A stretch of DNA of 64,000 bases. Source: Longimicrobiales bacterium. Its GTDB lineage: Bacteria > Gemmatimonadota > Gemmatimonadetes > Longimicrobiales > Gaopeijiaceae. The notes under the pieces were generated by a model. It was not told the DNA's origin, ran no database searches, and was given only the letters and a program-made list of their open reading frames with translations. Where the stretch lies: the NCBI GenBank assembly GCA_965202985.1, contig CBDBCF010000001.1, positions 1,120,001 to 1,184,000 on the forward strand. The letters are read 5' to 3'. Below are positions 9,446-19,625 of the stretch, one piece after another; position 1 is the first letter of the stretch; every line of letters starts with the position of its first letter. The translations under genes were made by a program, and so were the position numbers.

Positions 9446-10442
9446 GGCATTTAGGCTCCGTGGAGTGCACCACCGATGTGCCGGTTTCGTCGAACTTGAA
9501 AGGCACGGTGATTGGGTTGCCCATGCGAGCGACCATGTCGGGTTGGCGCTCTGCCGGAACCAAGAAGAACAGGAAACCTCCGCCCCCGGCACCGAGAAGC
9601 TTGCTGCCCCACGCTCCCGCCTCCATCCCGATTTCGTAAAGCTCGGTGATTCGGGAGTTGGCGATGCCGCTGGCGAGCGTCCGTTTGGCCTGCCAGCCTT
9701 CGGAAAGCATGGCGCCCAGGGACGGATAGTCGATTCCGCTGCCGCCGTCCGCCTCGAGCGACGCGCGCACGCTTCTCGCCAACCCGAGGATGTCGTCCAA
9801 CGCCGAATGGTTGTCCCCGATTCGGTCGTTTTGTTCGGCCAGCACGGACTCTGCGGGCCGCTTCTGTTGCGTGAACACAAGCAGCGAATTGCTCTCCAGC
9901 TCTTGCTTCCGAGCTGCGGACAGCGCAATCGGTTCTGCCCGGGCCGCCGTGCCCGGCCCAAAGGACAGTGCCTTCAGACCGGGAAAAGCGGCGCCCCAGG
10001 CGTCTTGCCAGCCGATCGGCCGATTCAGCATCTCCCGTTCGACCTCGATCGCTTCTTCGGCAAGCACGCGGGGAGTGCATTCCAGTCCCAGGAGCGCACG
10101 GACCGCATGCACAAGGCCTACCGTCACGACGCTGCTGGAACCCAGTCCCGTCCCAGCAGGGATCTCGCCGATCGTGGCGATCTCGACGCCGTTGCGGACC
10201 TTGTAGCGCTGGAGCACCGTGCGCACGATGTCGTGCTCAAGTTCGTCCACGTCGTGCACAAGTTCCGCGCCGCGAAAGTAGGCAAGCCGCGTGCGGTCGT
10301 CCAAGCGGGGCGTCAGAAGCACATAGAGGTGCTTGCGCACGGCGACGTTGATCACCAAGGTGCCGCGCTCCCGGAAGTACTCGGGAAAGTCGGTTCCGCC
10401 GCCCGCGAGACTTACTCGATACGGCGTCCGGGTGATGATCAA
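9435..10442 (-). CDS. GHMP kinase, HddA-like heptose-7-phosphate kinase
   Basis: TRTPYRVSLAGGGTD, PAGTGLGSSS, KLLGAGGGGF. Confidence 0.85.
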   Translation of the reverse strand: MIITRTPYRVSLAGGGTDFPEYFRERGTLVINVAVRKHLYVLLTPRLDDRTRLAYFRGAELVHDVDELEHDIVRTVLQRYKVRNGVEIATIGEIPAGTGLGSSSVVTVGLVHAVRALLGLECTPRVLAEEAIEVEREMLNRPIGWQDAWGAAFPGLKALSFGPGTAARAEPIALSAARKQELESNSLLVFTQQKRPAESVLAEQNDRIGDNHSALDDILGLARSVRASLEADGGSGIDYPSLGAMLSEGWQAKRTLASGIANSRITELYEIGMEAGAWGSKLLGAGGGGFLFFLVPAERQPDMVARMGNPITVPFKFDETGTSVVHSTEPKCPSR

Positions 10443-11098
10443 CTTTGTTCAGTCCGCGACGACGGTGCAGGCACGGCCCCGGCGCCCAGCCGCTCGAAGC
10501 TGTCCACGACCGAATGGATCAGCGCTTCGTGGGCCAGTTCGGCATGGCCGTAGTTCATGGTCGGCACGTGGAACGACAGGTCCGCGGGCACTGCTCGCAG
10601 GCGGTTGTCGGGAGAAAACGCCGAGAAGGTCGCCAGCCTCAGCCCCGAGTCGCGGCCGGCGGCGGCGGCGGACACCACGTTCTCGGAGTCGCCGGAACTC
10701 GAGACGGCCATGAGCAAATCGCCCGCCCGCGCTGTTGCTTCCAGCGGCCGCTTGAAGACCTGTTCGTATCCGAAGTCGTTGGCCATGCAAGTAAGGAGCG
10801 CAGGGTCGTTGAATGCAAAGGAACGGATGCCGCACTTGTTGAGAACATCCTGGGACAGGTGCGAAACCATCGCCGCGCTGCCGCCGTTGCCGATCCAGTA
10901 GATCGACCGGCCGGTGGCCGCCTGCTCCGCCCACAGCTGCAACAAGGCTTCCAAGCCGGCCTCGATGGCGACTGCGCGTCCTCCCTGTTTGCATGTCGCC
11001 TTGTCCAGCAGGCTGGCCAGAATCCGCAACCAGTGCAGCGACGCCTTGCCGCCCGAACCGGGGCCGGACCCCAAGTCGCTCGCGTCTATGCGCAACAC
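10439..11098 (-). CDS. gmhA: SIS-domain phosphoheptose isomerase-like protein
   Basis: GNGGSAA, TCMANDFGYEQVF, SSSGDSENV; start approximate. Confidence 0.75.
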   Translation of the reverse strand: MLRIDASDLGSGPGSGGKASLHWLRILASLLDKATCKQGGRAVAIEAGLEALLQLWAEQAATGRSIYWIGNGGSAAMVSHLSQDVLNKCGIRSFAFNDPALLTCMANDFGYEQVFKRPLEATARAGDLLMAVSSSGDSENVVSAAAAGRDSGLRLATFSAFSPDNRLRAVPADLSFHVPTMNYGHAELAHEALIHSVVDSFERLGAGAVPAPSSRTEQS

Positions 11099-12006
11099 TG
11101 GGCGCCCGTCGCGGCGTTGGAGCAAATGGCGCCGTTCACGTAGCACGTGTAGCAGGCGGCTTCGGTCAAGCGCACGTCCATTCTCGCCGCTTCGGGCAGC
11201 GTGTCGGCCAACCGCGCGCCGGGAGAATCCAGCAGGATCGGGCAGGCGTACACGCCGTCGGCGGTGACCAGCCGGGCGCGCGTGCACAGCAGTTGGTCCA
11301 GGTCGAAGCCGCACAGCATCTCATGAGTCACGATCTCGTCGGGAGCGTAGCCGCGACTGCGACGGGCCTCTTCGCCAATCAACAGGGGCGGCAGGATCTT
11401 CAGTCGGGGTTCGGCGTAGCCCGCCGACGCCAAGGCCCGGCGGAAAGCGCGCAACGTGGCCGGTGTTTCTTCGTCCGGCCAACTCTGCATGGCGGTGATG
11501 ATCGGCCGGAATCCGGCGGCGGCCAAGCGGCCCACGCCTTCCATTGCCCGGGCGAAGGCGCCTTCGCCCCGAATGGCGTCGTTGGTCGCCGCCGAAGGTC
11601 CGTCCACGCTGACGCGAAGCTCCAAGGCATTGCCGCTGTCGCCCGCGATGCGCCGCAACGCCTCGACTCGGCGGGGCGGAAACAGGGTCGCATTGGTCAG
11701 CACGGTGGTCGGTCCGTACCGGAGGGCGTCCTCGAGTATGCCCTCCATTTCGTGGTGCATGAAGGGTTCGCCGCCCGTGAAGTAGTACTCGCCGACGCCC
11801 ATCTCCGCCGACTGTTCCAGGGCTTCGCGCACCGCCTGCCGGGACATGAACCAGAACGAGTGGTTGTCGGGCGAACACGAAATGAAGCAGTGGCGGCAAC
11901 GCAGATTGCATACCGTGCCGGCAACCTGGAACCAGAGCTGGTCCAGCGCCGTCAACGACACGGCGGGAGCGGAAGGAGTGGCCGGAGCGGCCGGGCGAGC
12001 GATCAT
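11086..12006 (-). CDS. radical SAM protein
   Basis: CNLRCRHC (CxxxCxxC), FTGGEPF, C-terminal Cys cluster. Confidence 0.9.
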   Translation of the reverse strand: MIARPAAPATPSAPAVSLTALDQLWFQVAGTVCNLRCRHCFISCSPDNHSFWFMSRQAVREALEQSAEMGVGEYYFTGGEPFMHHEMEGILEDALRYGPTTVLTNATLFPPRRVEALRRIAGDSGNALELRVSVDGPSAATNDAIRGEGAFARAMEGVGRLAAAGFRPIITAMQSWPDEETPATLRAFRRALASAGYAEPRLKILPPLLIGEEARRSRGYAPDEIVTHEMLCGFDLDQLLCTRARLVTADGVYACPILLDSPGARLADTLPEAARMDVRLTEAACYTCYVNGAICSNAATGAQCCA

Positions 12007-12182
12007 GGAGGGTCCAAGTTGGGGCTTGAGACCGGGCGGAGCAAGAGAGGCGAGCCGTCGCCCCGTGGGGACAGGACTACATTGGGTTGCATGGGACGGC
12101 CGAGCGCGAGCGCCGTCCCGACCGCCGGGGGCAAGACCGCCCGGCCCGCCCTGCACGCCGAACCTCCAACGCCGCTTCGCCC

Positions 12183-13556
12183 ATGGACTTCACGACGATC
12201 AACCCTGCCAACGGCGAACTGCTGCGCAGGTACCCGTTCCTTTCGGAAGACGACCTGGAGGCCGCCGTGGCGGGCGCTGCCATGGCCCAACGGGACTGGC
12301 GCGCGGTACCCGCAACCGAGCGGGCGGAGATCGTGGCGGGCGCTGCGCGGGTCCTGCGGGATCGCACCCGGAAGCTGGCCCAGATCGCCGCCCAGGAGAT
12401 GGGCAAGCCGTTTCGCGAAGCCATCGCCGAGGTGGAGAAGTGCGTGGTCGGCTTGGAGTACTACGGGGAGCACGGCGCCGGCTTCCTGCGCGACCAGCCC
12501 GTGGCCACGGAGGCGCATCGCAGCTACGTGACCTTCCAGCCGCTGGGGCTCGTGCTGGCCGTCATGCCGTGGAACTTCCCCTATTGGCAGGTGGTCCGCG
12601 CGGCGGCGCCGGCGCTGATCGCCGGAAACGGCGTGCTGCTCAAGCATGCGCCGAACGTTCCCGTCTGCGCCCTGGAGATCGCGGACGCCTTTGGGTCGGC
12701 GGGGCTTCCGGAAGGGCTGTTCGCGAACCTGTTCATCGACGTGCCGGCGGCGGAGGCGCTGGTGCGCGACCGGCGCGTCCAGGGCGTCACCTTGACGGGG
12801 AGCACCCGGGCGGGGCGAAGCGTGGCGGCGCTGGCCGGCGCCGAGATCAAGTCGTGCGTGCTGGAGCTGGGGGGCAGCGACCCCTACGTAATCTTGGAGG
12901 ACGCGGACGTGGAGCAGGCCGCCGATCTCTGCGTGACGGGGCGGATGATCAACGGCGGGCAGAGCTGCATCGCCGCCAAGCGGCTGATCGCGCACGAGGC
13001 CGTGGCCGACGACTTCACGCGCGCCGTGGTGGACCGAATGAAGCGCCTTCGCGTGGGCGAACCCATGGCCGAAGCGACCGACGTGGGTCCCATGGCGCGC
13101 AAGGACCTTCGCGACCACTTGGCCCAGCAAGTGGAGCGGAGCGTGGAGGCCGGGGCCGAGTGCCTGCTCGGGGGCAAGACGCCCGACGCGCCCGGCTGGT
13201 ACTACCCCGCCACGGTCCTGACCGGCGTGGCGCCGGGGATGCCCGCTTACGACGAGGAGGTCTTCGGCCCCGTGGCGTGCATCGCGCGCGCCCAGTCGGA
13301 GGCGGAGGCGCTTCGGATCGCCAACGACACGGTCTACGGCCTGGGGGCCGCGGTCTTCACGCGGGATCTGGAGCGCGGAGAGCGCATCGCCCGAACCGGA
13401 TTCGACGCCGGATCGTGCTTCGTCAACGATTTCGTCAAGTCCGACCCGCGCCTGCCGTTCGGCGGCGTCAAGGCCAGCGGCCTGGGACGGGAGCTGTCCC
13501 TGTTCGGCATCCGCGAGTTCGTGAACGTGAAGACGGTGCAGGTGGCGCGACGCTGA
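12183..13556 (+). CDS. NAD(P)-dependent aldehyde dehydrogenase (succinate-semialdehyde DH-like)
   Basis: MPWNFP, TGST, LELGGSDP, GQSCIAAKR, EEVFGPV. Confidence 0.92.
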   Translation: MDFTTINPANGELLRRYPFLSEDDLEAAVAGAAMAQRDWRAVPATERAEIVAGAARVLRDRTRKLAQIAAQEMGKPFREAIAEVEKCVVGLEYYGEHGAGFLRDQPVATEAHRSYVTFQPLGLVLAVMPWNFPYWQVVRAAAPALIAGNGVLLKHAPNVPVCALEIADAFGSAGLPEGLFANLFIDVPAAEALVRDRRVQGVTLTGSTRAGRSVAALAGAEIKSCVLELGGSDPYVILEDADVEQAADLCVTGRMINGGQSCIAAKRLIAHEAVADDFTRAVVDRMKRLRVGEPMAEATDVGPMARKDLRDHLAQQVERSVEAGAECLLGGKTPDAPGWYYPATVLTGVAPGMPAYDEEVFGPVACIARAQSEAEALRIANDTVYGLGAAVFTRDLERGERIARTGFDAGSCFVNDFVKSDPRLPFGGVKASGLGRELSLFGIREFVNVKTVQVARR

Positions 13557-13571
13557 GGACGCCGACGCGCT

Positions 13572-14510
13572 CTAGTCGTCCAGGTACGTCACCCACCCCC
13601 ACGGGTCGGGCCCTTCGCCCTTGGCCAGCGCCAAGTAGCGGGACTGGATGCGTTCCGTGACGGGGCCTCGGCTTCCCTTCCCGATCCGGATGCCGTCCAC
13701 GGAGCGAATCGGCGTCACCTCGGACGCGGTGCCCGTGAAGAACAGCTCGTCGGCGGCGTAGAGCATCTCTCGCGACACCAGCTGCTCGCGCAGCGTGATG
13801 CCCAGCTCCTCGGTGATCTTCATGACCGAGTGGCGGGTGATCCCGGAGAGCGAGGTGCCGTCCAGGATCGGCGTGAGCACTTCACCGTCCACGACCAGGA
13901 AAAGGTTCTGGCCGCTGCCTTCGCTGACCAAGCCGCCCGGTCCCAGGCCGATCGCTTCGGCATAGCCGTGGGACACGGCCTCCAGCACCATCAGCTGCGA
14001 GACCAGGTAGTTGCCCGCCGACTTGGCGCCGCTGGGGATCGTGTTGGGGGCGGGGCGGTTCCACGACGACACGCACACGTCCACGCCCTGTCGCAGTCCC
14101 TCTTCGCCCAGGTAGGCGCCCCAGGGCCACATGGGGATGTACGTCTCGACGGGGCTGAACTCGGGGTTCATCGCCGCAGACCCGTAGCCCCGCAGGACCA
14201 TGGGGCGGATGTAGCACGACGCCAGGTCGTTCTTGCGGATCGTGGTCAGCGTGGCGTCCGCGAGTTCGTCTATGGTGTGGTCCGGCTCCATCCGGTAGGT
14301 GCGGCTGGACGCGAGAAGCCGGCGCAAGTGCGCGTCGAGCCTGAACACGGCCGGTCCCCGAGGCGTCTCGTAGCACCGGATGCCCTCGAACACCGACGCC
14401 GCGAACTGCACGGCCAAGCTGAGCACGTGAATCTGCGCGTCTTCCCAGCGGACGAACTCGCCGTCCTTCCACATCCAAGGGCTGCCTTCGAGCTTGCCGA
14501 CGGTTCCCAT
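13572..14510 (-). CDS. ilvE: branched-chain amino acid aminotransferase
   Basis: VFEGIRCY, YIRP, AKSAGNY, EGSGQNLF, LSGITR, GTASEVTPI. Confidence 0.92.
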   Translation of the reverse strand: MGTVGKLEGSPWMWKDGEFVRWEDAQIHVLSLAVQFAASVFEGIRCYETPRGPAVFRLDAHLRRLLASSRTYRMEPDHTIDELADATLTTIRKNDLASCYIRPMVLRGYGSAAMNPEFSPVETYIPMWPWGAYLGEEGLRQGVDVCVSSWNRPAPNTIPSGAKSAGNYLVSQLMVLEAVSHGYAEAIGLGPGGLVSEGSGQNLFLVVDGEVLTPILDGTSLSGITRHSVMKITEELGITLREQLVSREMLYAADELFFTGTASEVTPIRSVDGIRIGKGSRGPVTERIQSRYLALAKGEGPDPWGWVTYLDD

Positions 14511-14514
14511 CGCG

Positions 14515-14982
14515 CTATCCCTCCGCCCGAGGCGCGGGGGGCGGCGCGCCCGCAGCCGGCGCGTCCGAGCCGGCCGAGTCGCCGGACGCGCGTCCCGATT
14601 CGCCCGGGTCGCCGCCTCGCAGGTACGCGTCGGTCCCGTCCAGCCAGTCCTGGCGGGGCGGCGCGAACACGTCCACGTCCAGGGTGTCCTCCAGGGCCTC
14701 GGCTTCGTGGGGAACGTTGCTGGGCAGGTGGAGGATCTCGCCCGAGCGCACGACCAGGTCGTCTGGGCCGCCGTCGCCGATCCGGAACTTGAGGGCGCCG
14801 TCCACGACGTAGGTGAACTGCTCGTTGTCGTGCGAGTGCATGGGCACCACGGCGCCCTTCTTGAGGTAGACGTGGGCCAGCATTGCCCGGTCTCCGGTGA
14901 CCAAGCTGCGGGAAACGAGCGGGTTCAGCGTTTCCTTCGGGAGTTCGGCCACGCGGTAATGGCGGACCTTCGAGTCGCTCAC
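14515..14982 (-). CDS. cupin-domain protein
   Basis: HSHDNEQ and PSNVPH cupin motifs. Confidence 0.85.
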   Translation of the reverse strand: MSDSKVRHYRVAELPKETLNPLVSRSLVTGDRAMLAHVYLKKGAVVPMHSHDNEQFTYVVDGALKFRIGDGGPDDLVVRSGEILHLPSNVPHEAEALEDTLDVDVFAPPRQDWLDGTDAYLRGGDPGESGRASGDSAGSDAPAAGAPPPAPRAEG

Positions 14983-15110
14983 GGACGGGGGCTCCGGCAA
15001 GGGGGAGTTAGGCGGGCGTCGCGCCCAGGGCTGCAACGACAATTCTGCCAAGAAGCGCGCGTGTTGGGAAGGTGGAGCCGGGCCGGGCCTGGTGGTATGT
15101 TGCAACCGCC

Positions 15111-15899
15111 ATGAACCGCATTCGAGGAAAGCTCGCCGTGGTCACCGGAGCTACGGCCGGGATCGGGGCGGCGTGCGCGCGGTCGCTGGCGGAGTCGGGG
15201 GCGCGGCTGGTGCTGACGGGCCGGAGGACGGAGCGCTTGCAGTCGTTGGCGGACGAGGTCGCGCGGGCGGGCGGCGAGGCGTGGCCCTACGCGCTCGACG
15301 TGACGGACCGGGAGCGCGTGTCGGGGTTTGCGAGATGGCTGGAAGACGAAGGACTGGCGCCGGACATCTTGGTGAACAACGCGGGACTGGCCCGGGGACT
15401 CGATCCCGTCCACGAAGGGAAGCATCGGGATTGGGACGAGATGATCGACACCAACGTGAAGGGCGTCCTCAACATGATGCGCGCCCTGCTGCCGGGAATG
15501 GTCGAACGCGACTCGGGACACGTGGTCAACGTGGGAAGCATCGCGGGCTACGTGGCGTACCCCAAGGGCAACGTCTACTGCGCCACCAAGTTCGCCGTGC
15601 GGGGCCTGACCGAGGGCGCCAACTTGGACTTGGTGGGCACCAAGGTCCGCATGTCGAGCGTGGACCCGGGACTGGTCGAGACCGAGTTCTCCCGCGTGCG
15701 CTTTCGGGGCGACCAGGAGCGGGCCAGTCTGACGTACCGCGACGTGGAGGCGCTTCAGCCCGAAGACGTGGCCGAGGCCGTGGTGCACGTCCTCAACGCG
15801 CATCCTCGCGTCAACGTGCTGCACATGGTGGTGATGCCGACGGTCCAGCGCTCGCCGTTCGTGATGGCGCGGCGGAGCCCGACGGGCGGCGATGAATAG
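15111..15899 (+). CDS. SDR oxidoreductase (YdfG-like)
   Basis: TGATAGIG, NNAG, YCATK. Confidence 0.9.
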   Translation: MNRIRGKLAVVTGATAGIGAACARSLAESGARLVLTGRRTERLQSLADEVARAGGEAWPYALDVTDRERVSGFARWLEDEGLAPDILVNNAGLARGLDPVHEGKHRDWDEMIDTNVKGVLNMMRALLPGMVERDSGHVVNVGSIAGYVAYPKGNVYCATKFAVRGLTEGANLDLVGTKVRMSSVDPGLVETEFSRVRFRGDQERASLTYRDVEALQPEDVAEAVVHVLNAHPRVNVLHMVVMPTVQRSPFVMARRSPTGGDE

Positions 15900-16845
15900 C
15901 GGCGCGAGAGCCAAGGCCGGCAAGCGGCTGGCGACCGTTCGCCACTGCGCGAGCCTCCTCCTGGTCGCGGTCGCGCTGGCAGCGGCCGGAGGGGCGGCGC
16001 ATCGGACGCCGTGGGGCGCGTCGGGCCATGGAATGGCTGCACGGGCCGCGACCGAACGGCTTCCCGACGCCATGCCGGGGTTCTTCAGAGACGCGGCGGA
16101 CCAGCTGGTCTACCTGAACCCGGAGCCGGACCGCTGGCGCGACTGGGACGTGCGCGAGATGGACCAGGCGTTCGCGTACGACCACTACGTGGACTTGGAG
16201 AACCTGCCCGTTGGCGCGCTGGACGCTCCGGATCGGTTCGCGTACTTGCGGCTGCTGTACGAGGCGGGCCTGGAGCGGCCCGAGCGCGACGCCGGGTTCC
16301 TGCCCTTCCGGATCGTGGAGCTCTACCAGCGCTTGACTTCGGGTTGGCGGCGCTGGCGCGCGGAGCAGGACCGGGACCGGCGTGCCTGGATCGAGGAGCG
16401 GATCGTGGCGGACGCGGGCATCCTGGGTCATTACGTGACCGACGCCTCCCAGCCGCACCACACCACGATCCACTTCAACGGATGGGACGCCGACACGCCG
16501 AACCCCCAAGGCTACACCCGCGACGACGACTTCCACGCCCGCTTCGAGCGGCACTTCGTGGACGCGCACGTGACGCTGGCCATGGTGAGGAGCCGCATGG
16601 ACGGGCGGGCGCTTCGGTCCGTGGCCGGGTCGGCGCGGGAAGCGGTGGCCGAGCACGTCATGGAGTCGCACGCCGAGGTCGAGACCCTCTATCGGCTCGA
16701 GCAGGAGGTGGGGTTCGCCCCGGATCGGCCGGCCGATGCGCGGGCCGGCGACTTTGCCGCGCGCAGACTGGCGGCGGGGGCGGAGATGCTGGCCGTGCTG
16801 TGGTGGTCGGCCTGGCTGGAGAGCACACGGACGGACGCGCCGTGA
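15892..16845 (+). CDS. secreted S1/P1 nuclease / Zn-phospholipase C-like protein
   Basis: Signal peptide, WG..GH, HYVD, GHYVTDASQPHH, H..FE. Confidence 0.75.
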   Translation: MNSGARAKAGKRLATVRHCASLLLVAVALAAAGGAAHRTPWGASGHGMAARAATERLPDAMPGFFRDAADQLVYLNPEPDRWRDWDVREMDQAFAYDHYVDLENLPVGALDAPDRFAYLRLLYEAGLERPERDAGFLPFRIVELYQRLTSGWRRWRAEQDRDRRAWIEERIVADAGILGHYVTDASQPHHTTIHFNGWDADTPNPQGYTRDDDFHARFERHFVDAHVTLAMVRSRMDGRALRSVAGSAREAVAEHVMESHAEVETLYRLEQEVGFAPDRPADARAGDFAARRLAAGAEMLAVLWWSAWLESTRTDAP

Positions 16846-17591
16846 TGCCGGCGGCGGACGGGGGCGACGCCGTCTTGGAGGGCGGTATCGCGGGCGTCGT
16901 CGGGGGCAGTGTCGCGATCGTGGTGCCGGCCGCGGGGGCGTCCCGGCGCATGGGGCGCAACAAGCTTCTCTTGGACGTGGGGGGCGAAGCCATGGTCGCT
17001 CGGGCCGTCCGAACCGCCTTGGACGCGGGGCTCGGTTCCGTCGTGGTTGTCACGGGGCACGACCGCCGGGCGGTCGAGACCGCGCTGCATGGCGTGCCGT
17101 GCCGTCGAGTCCACAACCCGAACCACGCGCGCGGGATGCACACGTCGGTGGCGGCCGGGGCAACCTGCCTGGGCGACGACCACCCAGCGGCAATCGTCGC
17201 CTTGGCCGACATGCCTTTTGTAACGCCCGACATGCTGCGGGCACTGGCCGTCCGGCACCGCGAGACCGGGGCGCCGGTGGTTGCGTCGCGCTACGGCGGC
17301 GGACCTCCTGTCCCCCCAGTCCTCTACGATCGCCGACTTTTCGGCGAGCTGCGCCGCTTGGACGCGCGTTGCGGTCGCGCCGTGATCCAGCGCCACGCCA
17401 ACGAGGCCGAGACGCTGTCGTGGCCGCTGGCCGCTTCGCGCGACCTGGACCGCCCTGCCGACTACGAGCAAGCGCAGGCGGCGTTGGCCAGCCAGCGCGG
17501 CCCGGCCTTCGCCGGCATCGCCGGCTCCGCTGGCTCGCCGTCGGGCGCAGACAACCGCGAGGCCGTCGCCCGCGGTCTATACTGCAGATGA
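16845..17591 (+). CDS. MocA-like nucleotidyltransferase
   Basis: AAGASRRMGRNKLL, GMHTS, LADMP, DLDRPAD. Confidence 0.85.
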   Translation: MPAADGGDAVLEGGIAGVVGGSVAIVVPAAGASRRMGRNKLLLDVGGEAMVARAVRTALDAGLGSVVVVTGHDRRAVETALHGVPCRRVHNPNHARGMHTSVAAGATCLGDDHPAAIVALADMPFVTPDMLRALAVRHRETGAPVVASRYGGGPPVPPVLYDRRLFGELRRLDARCGRAVIQRHANEAETLSWPLAASRDLDRPADYEQAQAALASQRGPAFAGIAGSAGSPSGADNREAVARGLYCR

Positions 17592-19060
17592 TCCCGCTGC
17601 CTACTGATCCTCCCGCACAAGGACATGCCACCATGAACCCCAGTTACCTTCCCGACACCCCCGTTCACGAGCGCATCCACGGCAACCAGATCGACGTTGT
17701 CCCGCGTGGCGTCGCCGTCGCCCCCGGCCGCGCGGCCTCCACGGTCCGCCTCGCTGCGCTCTTTGCAGCAGCTGCGGCGCTCGCGCTGGCGGCATCGGCG
17801 TGCGGCGCTCCGGGCGGGGAGACCACCGGCGACGGCGCGGCCGGAAGCATGGACGGCCCGGACGTCATGCTGTCGCCGGTCACGGAAGAGGTCTACACGG
17901 TGGGCGCCTTGGACGGAGAGGATTGGGAGACGTTCGGCAGGGTAGAGTCCGTCGCCTTCGATTCCAAGGGCAACCTTCACGTCTTGGACGAAGGCGCCAA
18001 ACGCGTGGTGGTTCTGGACCGGGAGGGCGCGCTGCTCCGCACCGTGGGCAAGGCGGGCGGCGGGCCGGGCGAACTTCAGTCGCCCATCGTGCTCGTGATT
18101 CTGTCCGACGACCGGCTGGCCGTCTTCGACTTCGGCATGCCCGGCGCGTTCGACGTCTTCGGCCCGGACGGCCTCTTCGTCGAGAGCGTGACGATCGACA
18201 TGACAAGCGGAATGTTCCCGTCTTCAAGGCTATTGCCGTTGCCCGACGACCGATTGCTCGCGGTCGAGAGCATGCGTCTTCAAATCGCCGGCTCGGGGGC
18301 GCCGAGCGGCGACGCGGACGACCAGAGCGAAGTCCCCGAAGACCGGAGGCCGGTCGATGTCTTCTTCCTGGACGGCACGCCGCCCCAGACCGTCTATCAC
18401 GCTTGGGACCTGCCGCCCACGGAGGTGTCCGACGCCGAGACCATGCAAAGCGACGGGGGCACCACTATCGCGATGCGGATGGCGCAGTTGCAGGCCTTTG
18501 AGCCGGGGCTTCACGCGGGCGTCCTCTCCGACGGCCGCTTCGCGTTGGCCGACTCGGTGGGCCATCGCGTCAAGCTGGTGACGATGGAGGGCACGGTGGA
18601 CGCCGTCCTCGAGCGTCCCATTCAGCCCGTCCCGGTGACCCCCGCCATAGAACGGGCGGAGCGCGCGCGTCGACTGGCAGAACTGGAAGACGGCTCGCCC
18701 ACCGTTCGGATACGCGGGATCCTCGGCGCTGTGGGCGGCAGCGCGGACTTGCCCGACATGAGCGAGATGATGAAGCGCCGAATCGACGAAATGACGTTCG
18801 CCGCGGAGATTCCGGTGATCGACGACTTGGCCGTGGACCGCGAAGACCGGATATGGGTAGCCAGGACGCCCGCCGAAGGCTTCGGCCCCGGCCCCATCGA
18901 CATCGTGACCCCGGGCGGAGAGTACGTCGGAACCGTGCCGGTGGACGGGTTGCGCATTCCCGACGCGTTCGGTCCGGACGGCCTCATGGCGTATGTCGAA
19001 GCCGACGAGCTGGGCGTTCAGACCGTGCGCGTGGTGCGCTTGGTGTCGCTAGGTGGCTAG
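17588..19060 (+). CDS. 6-bladed beta-propeller-like lipoprotein
   Basis: LAASAC, GKAGGGPGEL, PDAFGPDGLMAYVEADELGVQTVRVVRL; start may be 17633. Confidence 0.8.
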   Translation: MIPLPTDPPAQGHATMNPSYLPDTPVHERIHGNQIDVVPRGVAVAPGRAASTVRLAALFAAAAALALAASACGAPGGETTGDGAAGSMDGPDVMLSPVTEEVYTVGALDGEDWETFGRVESVAFDSKGNLHVLDEGAKRVVVLDREGALLRTVGKAGGGPGELQSPIVLVILSDDRLAVFDFGMPGAFDVFGPDGLFVESVTIDMTSGMFPSSRLLPLPDDRLLAVESMRLQIAGSGAPSGDADDQSEVPEDRRPVDVFFLDGTPPQTVYHAWDLPPTEVSDAETMQSDGGTTIAMRMAQLQAFEPGLHAGVLSDGRFALADSVGHRVKLVTMEGTVDAVLERPIQPVPVTPAIERAERARRLAELEDGSPTVRIRGILGAVGGSADLPDMSEMMKRRIDEMTFAAEIPVIDDLAVDREDRIWVARTPAEGFGPGPIDIVTPGGEYVGTVPVDGLRIPDAFGPDGLMAYVEADELGVQTVRVVRLVSLGG

Positions 19061-19065
19061 CGCTA

Positions 19066-19083
19066 CCCCCCCCCCCCCCCCCC
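19066..19083. repeat. C18 homopolymer (G18 on coding strand)
   Basis: Read directly; immediately before methyltransferase TAG. Confidence 0.95.
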
Positions 19084-19609
19084 AGCGGGCTCCTTCGGCC
19101 GACAGACGAAGAGCGCCTCGGTGGTCGCCAATTCGATCGGCTCCAGCCCTGCGAAAGGTTCGGCTACCCGCAGCTGTCCCGACTTGATCAGTTCCAGCGA
19201 ACACGGACAGACTGCGGTCTCGAGGCCGAGAACGTCGAAACCGCATTCCGCGATGATGCGTCGGTACGTCGGCAATCGCATGCGGTTCACGTAGTTGAAC
19301 TCATTGCCGGTCAAACAGCTCCAGGTCGCTTCATCAAACTGCAAGAAGTTGACGGCGGAGATCCTCTTGTCCGACTTCGCGAAATGGTCCCCGAGGTCGA
19401 TCAGGTGCACGCAGATGCCGCTCGGTTTGAGCAAGCGGGCGGACGTTCCCAGCAGACCTCGGAGCGTTGCCTCCGACAAGTGCTCGAGCACATGGTTGGA
19501 ACAGTGGACATCGAACGTTCGCTCGAGGAGCCCGGGATCGACTGCGTCGGTTCGCTCGATGTACGAGATGTTGCAAAGAGCCAACACGTGCTCTACCAAA
19601 TTGCCTTTG

Positions 19610-19625
19610 CCCCCCCCCCCCCCCC
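19610..19625. repeat. C16 homopolymer (G16 on coding strand)
   Basis: Read directly; at the frameshift point. Confidence 0.95.
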
